A stretch of DNA of 64,000 nucleotides from Gemmatimonadota bacterium (GTDB lineage Bacteria > Gemmatimonadota > Gemmatimonadetes > Palauibacterales > Palauibacteraceae), in assembly GCA_965116475.1 (NCBI GenBank), contig OZ220691.1, positions 992,001 through 1,056,000 of the forward strand, in the 5' to 3' direction. Positions within the stretch are counted from its first letter, which is position 1; each line of letters opens with the position of its first letter. The position numbers were made by a program, and so were the translations under genes. The notes below the pieces were generated by a model. That model made no database searches. It was not told where the DNA came from and was given only the letters and a program-made list of their open reading frames with translations. Shown here piece by piece: positions 50,894-59,768 of this stretch.

Positions 50894-52243
50894 ATGACGC
50901 TGAACAACAACTTCTCCCGGCGCGACTTCGTTCGGGCCTCGGGCGCGGCCGGCCTCGGCCTGAGCATCGTACCCGCGCATGTGCTGGGCGGGCCCCGGCA
51001 TCGCGCGCCCAGCGATACGCTGAACGTGGCGCACATCGGCGTCGGCGGCATGGGGGGCGGCGACGTGCGCGGCATGGCGGGCGTCGGCGAGAACATCTAC
51101 GCCCTCTGCGATGTGGACGAGCGCCAGGCGTCGGGCTCGTGGAGCGCCTTCCCGCGGGCCAAACGCTACCGCGACTTCCGCACGATGCTCTCGGAAGAGG
51201 CCGACAACATCGACGCGGTCGTGATCTCCACCCCGGACCACACGCACACCGCGGCCGGCATGATGTCGCTCTCGCTGGGCAAGCCCACCCGCATTCAGAA
51301 GCCGCTCGCGACCACGATCTGGGAGGTGCGCCAACTCGTCGCCGCGGCGGAGAGGGCGGGCGTCGCCACGCAGATGGGGAACCAGGGCCACGCCCAGGAC
51401 GGGACGCGGGAGATCCGCGAGTGGTACGAGTCCGGGGCCATCGGCGAGATCCGGCGCGTGGAGTACTGGACGAACCGTCCCATCTGGCCGCAGGCGATCC
51501 TGCGACCGACGGAGGCGCACCACGCCCCGCCGTGGCTGGAGTGGGACCTGTGGCTCGGGCCTGCGGCCGACCGCCCCTACCACCCGGCCTACGCGCCGTT
51601 CAACTGGCGCGGCTGGTGGGACTTCGGGACCGGCGCGCTGGGCGACATCGGGTGCCACGCGATGGACGCCGCCTTCTGGACCTTCGACCTCGGCACGCCG
51701 GAACGGATTTCGGCGGAATCGACGACGCTCTTCCCGGAGACGGCGCCCGCGGCGTCGCGCATCGAGTACGACTTCCCCGCCCGGGGAGACCGGCCGGCCG
51801 TGAAGGTGGTGTGGCGCGACGGCAACCTCTCGCCGCCGCGGCCCGAGGAAGTGCGCGACGACGCGCGCTGGCCCTTCGAGTCGAGCGGGCAGCTGTGGAT
51901 CGGGACCGACGGCAAGATGTTCGCGGGGATCTACGGCGAGAACCCGCGGCTGCTCGACGCCGGGCGGGACGCAGAGATCCGGGCCGACCCGCCGCCGGAG
52001 AAGTACCCGCGCACGGACGGCGTGTACGCGGAGTTCGCCGCCGCCTGCAAGGACGGGCCGCCCGCGGGTTCCAACTTCGTCGAACACGCGGGACCGCTGA
52101 CGGAGATGGTGCTCCTCGGGAACCTCTCGGTGCGAAGCGGCCGGGAGGTGCGGCTCGATCCGGCGACCGGAGAGATCCGGAACGGCGTCTCGATCCCCGA
52201 ACGCTACGTGAGGGCCGACTACCGTCCGGGCTGGGAGTGGTAG
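50894..52243 (+). CDS. Tat-exported Gfo/Idh/MocA oxidoreductase
   Basis: SRRDFV Tat signal, IGVGGMG, CDVD, STPDHTH, QKPL, TQMGNQG, WDLWLGPA, WRGWWDFGTGALGDIGCH. Confidence 0.92.
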   Translation: MTLNNNFSRRDFVRASGAAGLGLSIVPAHVLGGPRHRAPSDTLNVAHIGVGGMGGGDVRGMAGVGENIYALCDVDERQASGSWSAFPRAKRYRDFRTMLSEEADNIDAVVISTPDHTHTAAGMMSLSLGKPTRIQKPLATTIWEVRQLVAAAERAGVATQMGNQGHAQDGTREIREWYESGAIGEIRRVEYWTNRPIWPQAILRPTEAHHAPPWLEWDLWLGPAADRPYHPAYAPFNWRGWWDFGTGALGDIGCHAMDAAFWTFDLGTPERISAESTTLFPETAPAASRIEYDFPARGDRPAVKVVWRDGNLSPPRPEEVRDDARWPFESSGQLWIGTDGKMFAGIYGENPRLLDAGRDAEIRADPPPEKYPRTDGVYAEFAAACKDGPPAGSNFVEHAGPLTEMVLLGNLSVRSGREVRLDPATGEIRNGVSIPERYVRADYRPGWEW

Positions 52244-52301
52244 CAGCCCGCTGCTCGACCGCGGCGACCTCTGACGCACGCCGGCGGCGGCGGGTGATGC
52301 C

Positions 52302-54065
52302 GTGCAACTGAACGGCCTCGACTGGATCGTCCTGGCCGCGTACGGGACCGTGGCCCTGGGCGTCGGGCTCTGGTTCGCCCGGCGCGCAGGCTCCGGCACG
52401 AACGAGTTCTTCCTCGCGGGCCGGAAGCTCCCCTGGTGGCTGCTGGGGACCTCGATGGTCGCCACGACCTTCTCCACCGACACCCCGAACCTCGTCACCG
52501 ACCTCGTCCGCAACGGCGGCGTGAGCCGGAACTGGGGCTGGTGGGCCTTCCTCGTCACGGCGATGTGCACGACGTTCTTCTACGCGAAGCTGTGGCGGCG
52601 ATCCGGCGTTTTTACGGACATCGGCTTCTACGAACTCCGCTATTCCGGGCGCGCGGCCACCTTCCTGCGCGGCTTCCGGGCCCTCTATCTGGGCGTCTTC
52701 TTCAACGTCGTCATCATGGCGACCGTCACCCTCGCCGCGATCAAGATCTCGGGCGTCCTGCTCGGGGCGGACAAGTTCACCACGGTGCTCGTAGCCGGCA
52801 CGGTGGCGGCGCTGTACTCCGCGACGTCCGGGCTGTGGGGCGTGGTCGTCACCGATCTCCTCCTGTTCGCGATCGCCATGATCGGGGCCGTCGCGGCGGC
52901 CTCCTACGCGCTCGCGCAGCCGGAGGTCGGGGGCCTGGCGGGGCTCGTCACGCACCCGGAGATCTCGCGGAATCTCTCGCTGCTGCCCGACTTCTCGGAC
53001 TGGCGGACGGCGGCGATGGTGTTCGTCATCCCGATCGCGGTGCAGTGGTGGGCGAGCTGGTATCCCGGAGCGGAGCCGGGCGGAGGCGGGTACGCGGCGC
53101 AGCGGATGCTCGCGGCGCGGAACGAGCGCGACTCCATGCGCGCCACCCTGTGGTTCAACATCGCGCACTACTCGCTGCGGCCGTGGCCCTGGATTCTCGT
53201 CGCCCTCGCCTCGATCGCCGTCTATCCCACGCTCGACTCCATCGGAGCGGCCTTCCCCGACCTCGATCCGAGCCTTCTGGGACACGACCTCGCCTACCCG
53301 GCGATGCTCGTCTTCCTGCCGCACGGACTCCTCGGGCTCGTCGTCGCCTCGCTCGCGGCCGCCTACATGTCGACCATCTCCACGCACCTGAACTGGGGGT
53401 CGTCCTACGTCGTCGACGACTTCTATCGCCGCTTCGTGGCCCGGGACCGGGACGAGGCCCACTACGTGCGCGTGGCGCGGGTTTCCACCGGGGTGCTGAT
53501 CGCCCTCTCCGCCGCGCTCGCGCTCTTCCTGGACAGCGCGAAACAGGCGTTCGAACTCATCCTGCTGCTGCACGCGGGAAGCGGTCTGATCTTCCTCCTG
53601 CGCTGGTTCTGGTGGCGGGTGAACGCGTGGTCGGAGATCTCGGGCATGGCGGCGTCCGCGACGGTGGCGCTGTGGTTCCCGCTCTTCCACGAGCGGGCGG
53701 GGTTCCCGGCGCTCGACCCGGCGGTCAGCCTGCTGCTGGGCGTCGGGCTGACGACGGCGGTGTGGCTCCTCGTGACGTTCCTCACCCGACCTACGGACAC
53801 GGAGACGCTGCAGGGCTTCTACGACCGCATCCGCCCCTTCGCCCGCGGCTGGCGGAGGGCCGTGAACACGCAGCCGGACGCGCCCGGGAGCCTGGCCGCG
53901 GGTCTCGCCGCGTGGGGCCTCGGCTGCGTGACCGTGTACGCCGTGCTCTTCGGCACGGGGATGGCCCTGTACGGGAGGCCGGCCGCCGCGGCCGGGTTCG
54001 GGGTCGTGGCCGTCGCTGCCGCCGTGGGGCTGTTCCGGGCGCTCCCCCGGGTGGGCTTCGACTGA
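52302..54065 (+). CDS. Sodium:solute symporter family protein
   Basis: FFLAGRKLPWW..GTSMVATTF, GLWGVVVTD, AQRMLAA, AAYMST, LRWFWWRVN; many TMs. Confidence 0.92.
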   Translation: MQLNGLDWIVLAAYGTVALGVGLWFARRAGSGTNEFFLAGRKLPWWLLGTSMVATTFSTDTPNLVTDLVRNGGVSRNWGWWAFLVTAMCTTFFYAKLWRRSGVFTDIGFYELRYSGRAATFLRGFRALYLGVFFNVVIMATVTLAAIKISGVLLGADKFTTVLVAGTVAALYSATSGLWGVVVTDLLLFAIAMIGAVAAASYALAQPEVGGLAGLVTHPEISRNLSLLPDFSDWRTAAMVFVIPIAVQWWASWYPGAEPGGGGYAAQRMLAARNERDSMRATLWFNIAHYSLRPWPWILVALASIAVYPTLDSIGAAFPDLDPSLLGHDLAYPAMLVFLPHGLLGLVVASLAAAYMSTISTHLNWGSSYVVDDFYRRFVARDRDEAHYVRVARVSTGVLIALSAALALFLDSAKQAFELILLLHAGSGLIFLLRWFWWRVNAWSEISGMAASATVALWFPLFHERAGFPALDPAVSLLLGVGLTTAVWLLVTFLTRPTDTETLQGFYDRIRPFARGWRRAVNTQPDAPGSLAAGLAAWGLGCVTVYAVLFGTGMALYGRPAAAAGFGVVAVAAAVGLFRALPRVGFD

Positions 54066-54105
54066 CCGGATCCGGCGGTCCCCCGCGCGTGGGGGTCGCG
54101 GACCG

Positions 54106-54957
54106 TCAGGGGTCGATCTCGAGGTGGTCCAGGATGAGCACGTGGCCCGGCGGACCCCAGCCGTCGAGCGAGACGCGATCGACGCCGAGCGGAGCCTCGA
54201 TGCGGACGCGTTCGACCCGGAAGGGCGAGCGCCCGCCCGGGCTGTAGGTCGCCGTGCCTGACGCCGGAGCTTCCTCGGAGGCGTAACGCATGTCCGGAGC
54301 ATGGGTCCGGGCCGAGGCGGGCAGGCGTTCGCCGCCGCTCCAGGCGATCACCTCGAAGTCCTCGATCAGGTCCGGACCGAAGAGCGTGAACGTCACGCTC
54401 CGCGGGCGTCCGGGGAAATCGAGGTGGATGACGCCGACTTCCAGACCCTGCTCGCCGGCGAGCGGGAAGCTCAGCGCGTGCCTCGACGCGTTCGGGGGCA
54501 GGTAGCCGCGGGCGTCGAGCACGTGCGGCCGGGTAGCGTCCGCCGTGTAGGACTCGAACGACACCACGAGGCCCTGCTCCCGCCATTCATCCGCCACCGC
54601 GGAGTTGGAGACGACGGGCCGGCCATCGGCGTAGGTCTCGAACTCGATCCGCTCGTACCGTCCACGCGCGAGAGGCGGAGTGTCCGCCTCTTCGCGGTTT
54701 CCCGGTGTGTCCGCAGTGACCGGCGGTATCCTGGGCGGTGGAGCCTCGCGGACCGCGGGTGTTTCCACCGCGGGCGGCGGCAAGGGCTCAAGGTCCCACC
54801 GGAAACGGAACCCGGCGGAGCGCAACCCGGACCAGGCGGCCGCGCCGACGAGTCCGAGCGCGGCGAGGACGGCCAGGCCCCGTAGCACCCGCAGCGCGAA
54901 GGGCGGACGGCGCGTCCGCGCCTTCGTCAGGCCCGTACGACGCCGAGCGGCGGCCAC
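54106..54957 (-). CDS. Hypothetical membrane-anchored protein with Pro-rich linker and beta-sandwich-like C-domain
   Basis: One TM (LAVLAALGLVGAAAW), PLPPPAVETP linker, beta-rich C-terminus; start uncertain (GTG 54957). Confidence 0.6.
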   Translation of the reverse strand: MAAARRRTGLTKARTRRPPFALRVLRGLAVLAALGLVGAAAWSGLRSAGFRFRWDLEPLPPPAVETPAVREAPPPRIPPVTADTPGNREEADTPPLARGRYERIEFETYADGRPVVSNSAVADEWREQGLVVSFESYTADATRPHVLDARGYLPPNASRHALSFPLAGEQGLEVGVIHLDFPGRPRSVTFTLFGPDLIEDFEVIAWSGGERLPASARTHAPDMRYASEEAPASGTATYSPGGRSPFRVERVRIEAPLGVDRVSLDGWGPPGHVLILDHLEIDP

Positions 54958-56336
54958 GTCTCCCACCGGCCACGGGTGAAATCCGGGAAGTCGATCGGCC
55001 GGCTGCGCTCCGCCACGGACGCCTCGCTCACCGCGCACACGGCGGACAGCGCCGCCGCGTCGTACACATTCATGTCCGTGGGCAGTCCCTCGCGCAGGCA
55101 CTTGATGAGCCGGTAGTCCTCGAGGTAGTCCATGCTGCCATGTCCGCGGCCCGCCCCGGCTCCGGCCATCTCGCGCCACAGCGGGTGCTCGAACTCCTCG
55201 AGGTAGTCCTCCGCCTCATCCCACCGGTGCCCCTCGCTGCGGCCCTCGACGTACACGCGCTCGGGATAGCCCTGGAAGAGGCCCCGCGTCCCCTGGACGA
55301 GGTGGATCCGCGAGTACGGGCGGGGGAGGTTGGTGTCGTGCGAGACGTAGATCGTGCGGCCGAGGGCGGTCTTGATGAGCGTGACGTTCACGTCGCCGAG
55401 CGCGAAGGTTTCGCGGCGTTCCGGCGCACCCTCCGGGAAGTGCTCGCGAGCGAAGTCCTGCAGCCCGCGCGACGGGCCGCTCATCGAGACCGCGTAGTCG
55501 AAGCGGTCACCGCGGTTGATTTCCATGCAGTTGGCGATCGGGCCCAACCCGTGCGTGGGATAGAGGTTGCCGTTTCTCGTCTTCGAGTGCTCGCGCCGCC
55601 ACAGCCCCTCGCCGGTGTCGGCGAACTTTATGGCGCGCAGGTCGTGCAGGTATCCGCCCTCGCCGTGCAGGATCTCGCCGAACAGCCCGAGACGCGCCAT
55701 GTGGAAGACGAGCATCTCCCAGCGGCCGTAGTTCACATTTTCCATCATCACGCAGTGCCGCCGCGTCGCCTCGGCCGTCTCCACGAGGCGCCAGCAGTCC
55801 TCCATCGTGTAGGCCGCCGGCACCTCCGTCGCCGCGTGCTTGCCGTGCTCCATGGCGGCCACGCAGACGGGCACGTGCCAGCGCCACGGCGTGGCCGTGT
55901 AGACGAGGTCGATATCCTCCGTCTCGCACATGCGGACGAAGTCCGTCTCGCCGCGCGTGTAGAGCGTCGGCTCCCGTCCCCCGGCTTCGAGCACCCAGTC
56001 GCGGGCACGCTCGGCGTGCTCGGGCCGGATGTCGCACAGCGCCGCGAGTTCCACGCCCTCCATGTCGAGGAGATTGCGGACGTGGACCGAACCCATGCCG
56101 CCGATCCCCACGAAACCGATCCGTACCGTCTCCAGCGGCGGGGCCGAGAAGAGCGCCTCGGGCGCCGGGTCGCCCCTCCGTGCCTCGGGGGCCGATCCGC
56201 CGGCCTCCGGCCCGCGGCAGCCGCCCAGGACGGCGGCTCCCGCCCCCATCGCCCCCAGCTTGAGCAGCGTCCGCCGGTCGACGCCCGCGGGAGTCATCTC
56301 GCCGGCTTCGTTCGATTCGCGCTTCGTCGGTTCCAT
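54927..56336 (-). CDS. GH109-like NAD+-dependent glycosidase (alpha-N-acetylgalactosaminidase family), Tat lipoprotein
   Basis: DRRTLLK Tat signal + LGGC, ATPWRWH, EVPAA, MMENVNY, YLHDLR, YPTHGLGP, PRPYSR, GHGSMD, DVYDAA-like motif. Confidence 0.88.
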   Translation of the reverse strand: MEPTKRESNEAGEMTPAGVDRRTLLKLGAMGAGAAVLGGCRGPEAGGSAPEARRGDPAPEALFSAPPLETVRIGFVGIGGMGSVHVRNLLDMEGVELAALCDIRPEHAERARDWVLEAGGREPTLYTRGETDFVRMCETEDIDLVYTATPWRWHVPVCVAAMEHGKHAATEVPAAYTMEDCWRLVETAEATRRHCVMMENVNYGRWEMLVFHMARLGLFGEILHGEGGYLHDLRAIKFADTGEGLWRREHSKTRNGNLYPTHGLGPIANCMEINRGDRFDYAVSMSGPSRGLQDFAREHFPEGAPERRETFALGDVNVTLIKTALGRTIYVSHDTNLPRPYSRIHLVQGTRGLFQGYPERVYVEGRSEGHRWDEAEDYLEEFEHPLWREMAGAGAGRGHGSMDYLEDYRLIKCLREGLPTDMNVYDAAALSAVCAVSEASVAERSRPIDFPDFTRGRWETWPPLGVVRA

Positions 56337-56432
56337 CTGCACCATCCATCTCAGTGGTCCGGAGTTTGCCCCGGGCTGCCGGACGTGACATATGGAGTCC
56401 AACTTCGGAGCGACGGGGAGCGGATCGCAAAC

Positions 56433-57647
56433 ATGAGGCCGTACGGGACGAATCGAGCATCACGCGCGGCGATGGTGGCCGGCATCGCGGCCGTCCTGTG
56501 CCTGTCGTGCGAATCGGCGCCGACGGGCCGGGACCGGCTCCTCGATGCCGCCGCCGCCATCCGGCAGCTTTCGAGCCTCGCCTACGAGTATGCGTACGAG
56601 GGCACCGGGAGCGCCGCCGGATCCTATGCCGGGCGGGTGCGGCTGCTCAGCGCCGAGGGCGAGCCCCGGATCTACTGGGCCGAGCTTCGGCCGTCGCCGT
56701 CATGGATCCCCGCTCGACAGCCGGGCCAACCGCCGCCCGGCGATGCACCGGCGCTCATCCTGTCGGGGGGGGGCGACTACGTCGCGGCCCGCGACGAGGC
56801 GCTGGGCGGGTTCCGCCACGGGACGATCTCGGGGGGCTCCGGCCATCTCGTGGCCAACGCCCCCTTCGCCGTCCTCCCGGCGTTCACGGATCCGCAACCG
56901 TTCCAGGCGGAGCTGGCGAACGACATGGAACTCGTGAGCCGGGAGACGATCGGCGGCGTCCTGTGCGATGTGCTGCGCGGCAGGACCGACGAGTTCGGCC
57001 CCGCGCAGGTGTGGTGGCACATCGGAGTCGAGGACGACCTGCCCCGCGCCTTCCGCTGGGAGGCGGACGACGGGAGCGGGACCCTGGCGTTCGAGATCGG
57101 GAGCATGCTCGTCGATCCGTCGATCACGGCCGACCAACTCGCGATCCGCGTGGACCTCGACGGTCCCGACGGCGGCGAGGTCATCGACGAGGACGCGCGG
57201 CGGATCGAACCCGGCGTTCCGGCGCCCGACTGGACGCTCGAAACCGAGTCGGGGTCGTCCCTCAACCTCTCGGACCTGCGCGGAGACGTCGTCGTGCTGA
57301 GTTTCGGGGCGAGCTGGTGCGCCCTCTGCCGGGACCTCGCGGCCGCGTATGCCGCCCTCCCGGAGGAGGGGGCGTCGGAGCGGGTCCGGTTCCTCAACCT
57401 CAACGCGTGGGAGAGCCCCGAGGTCGATCCCGGCCCGATCATGCGCGAATGGGGACTCGATGCGCCTCTCCTCCTGCGCGCGGAGCGCATCGCCTTCGAT
57501 TACAAGCTCGCCTCGGTTCCGGCACTCTTCGTGGTGGATGCCGCGGGAGATCTCGCACTGGTCCGGAACCCGACGCTCGCGGATCCCGTGGCTCAGGCCG
57601 GCGAACTCGAGCGGACGCTCCGGACGCTCCTCGACGCGGGCCCCTGA
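56433..57647 (+). CDS. Lipoprotein with N-terminal LolA-like region and C-terminal TlpA/ResA thioredoxin domain
   Basis: LCLS|C lipobox; APDWTL...LSDLRG.VVVLSF.ASWCALC; VPALFVVD. ATG 56433 lies in the supplied 54738..57647 frame. Confidence 0.78.
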   Translation: MRPYGTNRASRAAMVAGIAAVLCLSCESAPTGRDRLLDAAAAIRQLSSLAYEYAYEGTGSAAGSYAGRVRLLSAEGEPRIYWAELRPSPSWIPARQPGQPPPGDAPALILSGGGDYVAARDEALGGFRHGTISGGSGHLVANAPFAVLPAFTDPQPFQAELANDMELVSRETIGGVLCDVLRGRTDEFGPAQVWWHIGVEDDLPRAFRWEADDGSGTLAFEIGSMLVDPSITADQLAIRVDLDGPDGGEVIDEDARRIEPGVPAPDWTLETESGSSLNLSDLRGDVVVLSFGASWCALCRDLAAAYAALPEEGASERVRFLNLNAWESPEVDPGPIMREWGLDAPLLLRAERIAFDYKLASVPALFVVDAAGDLALVRNPTLADPVAQAGELERTLRTLLDAGP

Positions 57648-57654
57648 CCGCCCC

Positions 57655-59082
57655 CTACTTGTCGATCGGCAGCCCGCTGGGCACCGTCGCCGGCGCCAGG
57701 TGCGACAGGTCGCGCGCCGCGTCGTCCGTCAACGACTCGAGGAAGGCGACGAGGTCGTCCGCCTCCGCGTCGTCGAAGGCGACCGGGATGAGAACCGTGT
57801 CCCGCGTGGCGAGGATCTCGTCGAAGTTGTTGAGCAGCGTGCCCCGCAGTTCCGGATCCACCTGAGACACGTCGTAGTCCCGGAGTCGGTTGTCGATGCT
57901 GTCGTAGTGGACGACGATCGCCTTCAGCGTGGCGAACTGGCCCGCGTGGCCGTACGGCCCCGTGAGTTCGACGTTCCGCATCGGCGGCGTCTTGAAGAGC
58001 CGGCGGTGCGCCGGGTCTCCCGTCACGCGCTCGCGGCCGAAGTCGTCGTTCCCGCCCGGCCCGTCGCCCAGTCCGGGTCCGATCTGCGGGATGGCCGCGT
58101 TGTGGTGCTCGTTGTTGCGATCGTCGAACTGGTCGGTTTCGTGGCACAGCATGCAGCGGATCGTCATGAAGCTCTTCGCGCCGCGTAGCGCCGCATCGCT
58201 GAGCTGGTCGTTGTCCCCCTTCAGGAACCGGTCCCACGGCGTGTCGATGAAGGTGAGTTCCGCCACGTAGAAGCCCGCGATCGCGTTCGCCGCGTGCGCG
58301 AACGACATCTCGTCGAAGGCCGTGCCGGGATACGCGGCCTCGAACATCGTCCGGTATGCCTCGATCTCCCCCAGCCGCGCCATGAGCGCCGCCCACACGC
58401 CGGTGAAGTCGTCATCCTCCAGCGCCGCCAGTTCGTTGTCGTCGTTGAAACCGCGCATCTCCTTGCGCCGCAGCACGGGGATCATGGGCTGCGCCGAGAG
58501 CGCCCCGAACTCGAACACCGCCTGCATCTCCGACGTCAGTTGATCTCCGGCCTCCGTCGAGATCGACCCGTCCTCCAGCTCCTCCACGAACCCGTCCCAG
58601 AAGAACTGCGTCGAGAGATGGAGGTTGAAGAGCGCGGGCGAGTTGCGCGGGATGAACTCGCCTTCCGGGTGCGTCCGGTTCGGGCCCAGCCCCCGTCCCC
58701 CGACGCCGATCGAGAGCGACCGGCCGTCCCCCATGGCGAAACTCGGGAGGTGGCAGGTCATGCAGGAGATATCCCGGTTCCCGCCCAGAATCCGGTCGAA
58801 AGCCAGCGCACGGCCCAACTCGACGAGTTCCGGCCGCACGGCGGGCGGCGGCTCGAGCGGGTCGAGGTTCCGGTGGTCCGCGAGCAGGCGCACCGTGTCG
58901 ATGAGCATCGCCCGCACGACCTCGGGAGGGGGCGGCGGCGGCGGGGGCGGGGGTTCCGGCGGAGGCGCGGGGGGCGGCGGGGGCGGTACCGGCGGCGTGA
59001 CGGACCCGTCCCCACAGGCGGCGAGGCCCAGGAAGAGTCCGGCGGCCACGAAGGCGAGCGCCTTCCGGGTGCGGTTCAACAT
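57655..59082 (-). CDS. Di-heme cytochrome c peroxidase superfamily (MauG/MbnH-like) lipoprotein
   Basis: Two CxxCH (CMTCH, CMLCH), RNSPALFN, FFWDG, FKTPPMRNV..TGPYGHAG; LAA|C lipobox plus polyproline linker. Alternative start 59097. Confidence 0.9.
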   Translation of the reverse strand: MLNRTRKALAFVAAGLFLGLAACGDGSVTPPVPPPPPPAPPPEPPPPPPPPPPEVVRAMLIDTVRLLADHRNLDPLEPPPAVRPELVELGRALAFDRILGGNRDISCMTCHLPSFAMGDGRSLSIGVGGRGLGPNRTHPEGEFIPRNSPALFNLHLSTQFFWDGFVEELEDGSISTEAGDQLTSEMQAVFEFGALSAQPMIPVLRRKEMRGFNDDNELAALEDDDFTGVWAALMARLGEIEAYRTMFEAAYPGTAFDEMSFAHAANAIAGFYVAELTFIDTPWDRFLKGDNDQLSDAALRGAKSFMTIRCMLCHETDQFDDRNNEHHNAAIPQIGPGLGDGPGGNDDFGRERVTGDPAHRRLFKTPPMRNVELTGPYGHAGQFATLKAIVVHYDSIDNRLRDYDVSQVDPELRGTLLNNFDEILATRDTVLIPVAFDDAEADDLVAFLESLTDDAARDLSHLAPATVPSGLPIDK

Positions 59083-59120
59083 GCGGGAGATATACACACC
59101 GGGGTCGCGGAGCGCTCCCG

Positions 59121-59615
59121 TCAGGGGCTCTCGACGATAATTCGCACGTCCATCATGTACTCGTGGTAGCGGCAGAAGAACACGTACTCGCCCTCAACCC
59201 TTGGACGGTAATCCCACACCGTACCCGGCCGCAGATCGTCGCTGTCCACCGCCGCCGCGCCTTCGGGGACCTTGCTGAACTCCACGCGGTGGATGTTCGT
59301 GCCGTTCTGCGTCCACGTGATGGTCGCGTGCCGCTCCACCGTCACCTGGGCTTCCTGGTCGTGATTCCCGTCGGGATCGACGAACGTGTCGTCGAGGATG
59401 TCGAAGTTCGCGTCCGACCCGAAGGGCACCTCGACTCGCGGCGGCGGGGGAGGCGGAGGCGGCGGGGGAGGCGGTGGCCCCACGGGCGGGGGCGGCGGCG
59501 GTGCCGGCGGAGGCGGCTCGATGGGCGTATCGACCGGGCCCGCGCCCGCACCTCCGCCCCCGCAGTTGAGGGCGATGCCCATCGCGAACAGCAGGGCTGG
59601 CCAACGACCCTTCAT
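59121..59615 (-). CDS. Cupredoxin (type-1 copper) lipoprotein with polyproline linker
   Basis: IALN|C signal, long poly-Pro, ITW..NG.NIH and GEYVFFCRYHEYM (His, Cys, His, Met ligands); AGGAGG SD. Confidence 0.85.
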   Translation of the reverse strand: MKGRWPALLFAMGIALNCGGGGAGAGPVDTPIEPPPPAPPPPPPVGPPPPPPPPPPPPPRVEVPFGSDANFDILDDTFVDPDGNHDQEAQVTVERHATITWTQNGTNIHRVEFSKVPEGAAAVDSDDLRPGTVWDYRPRVEGEYVFFCRYHEYMMDVRIIVESP

Positions 59616-59768
59616 TCAAGACCCTCCTGGGGTACCGCGCCTACGATCCGACCTGAAAAAATGAAACGGCCCGCGTGCCTCAGGCAAGCTCTCGCGGTCT
59701 GAGGGCCCCGGCCGCTCTCCGGCGGCACGGCGTTGCTGCGGGACCCGATCCGTTCAAGATTCGCCGGC

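Noticed and set aside
54738-56432. Apparent 969-aa ORF ending in a thioredoxin domain
   Set aside because: The N-terminal part is the antisense shadow of the GH109 gene; the real gene starts near 56433 with a lipoprotein signal.
58920-59520. G-rich tracts as G-quadruplex or repeat elements
   Set aside because: Explained by polyproline codons on the minus strand.
57655-59615. Methylamine utilisation (mau) or methanobactin (mbn) cluster
   Set aside because: No mauAB/DE, mbnABC, mbnP or TonB receptor genes in the window.
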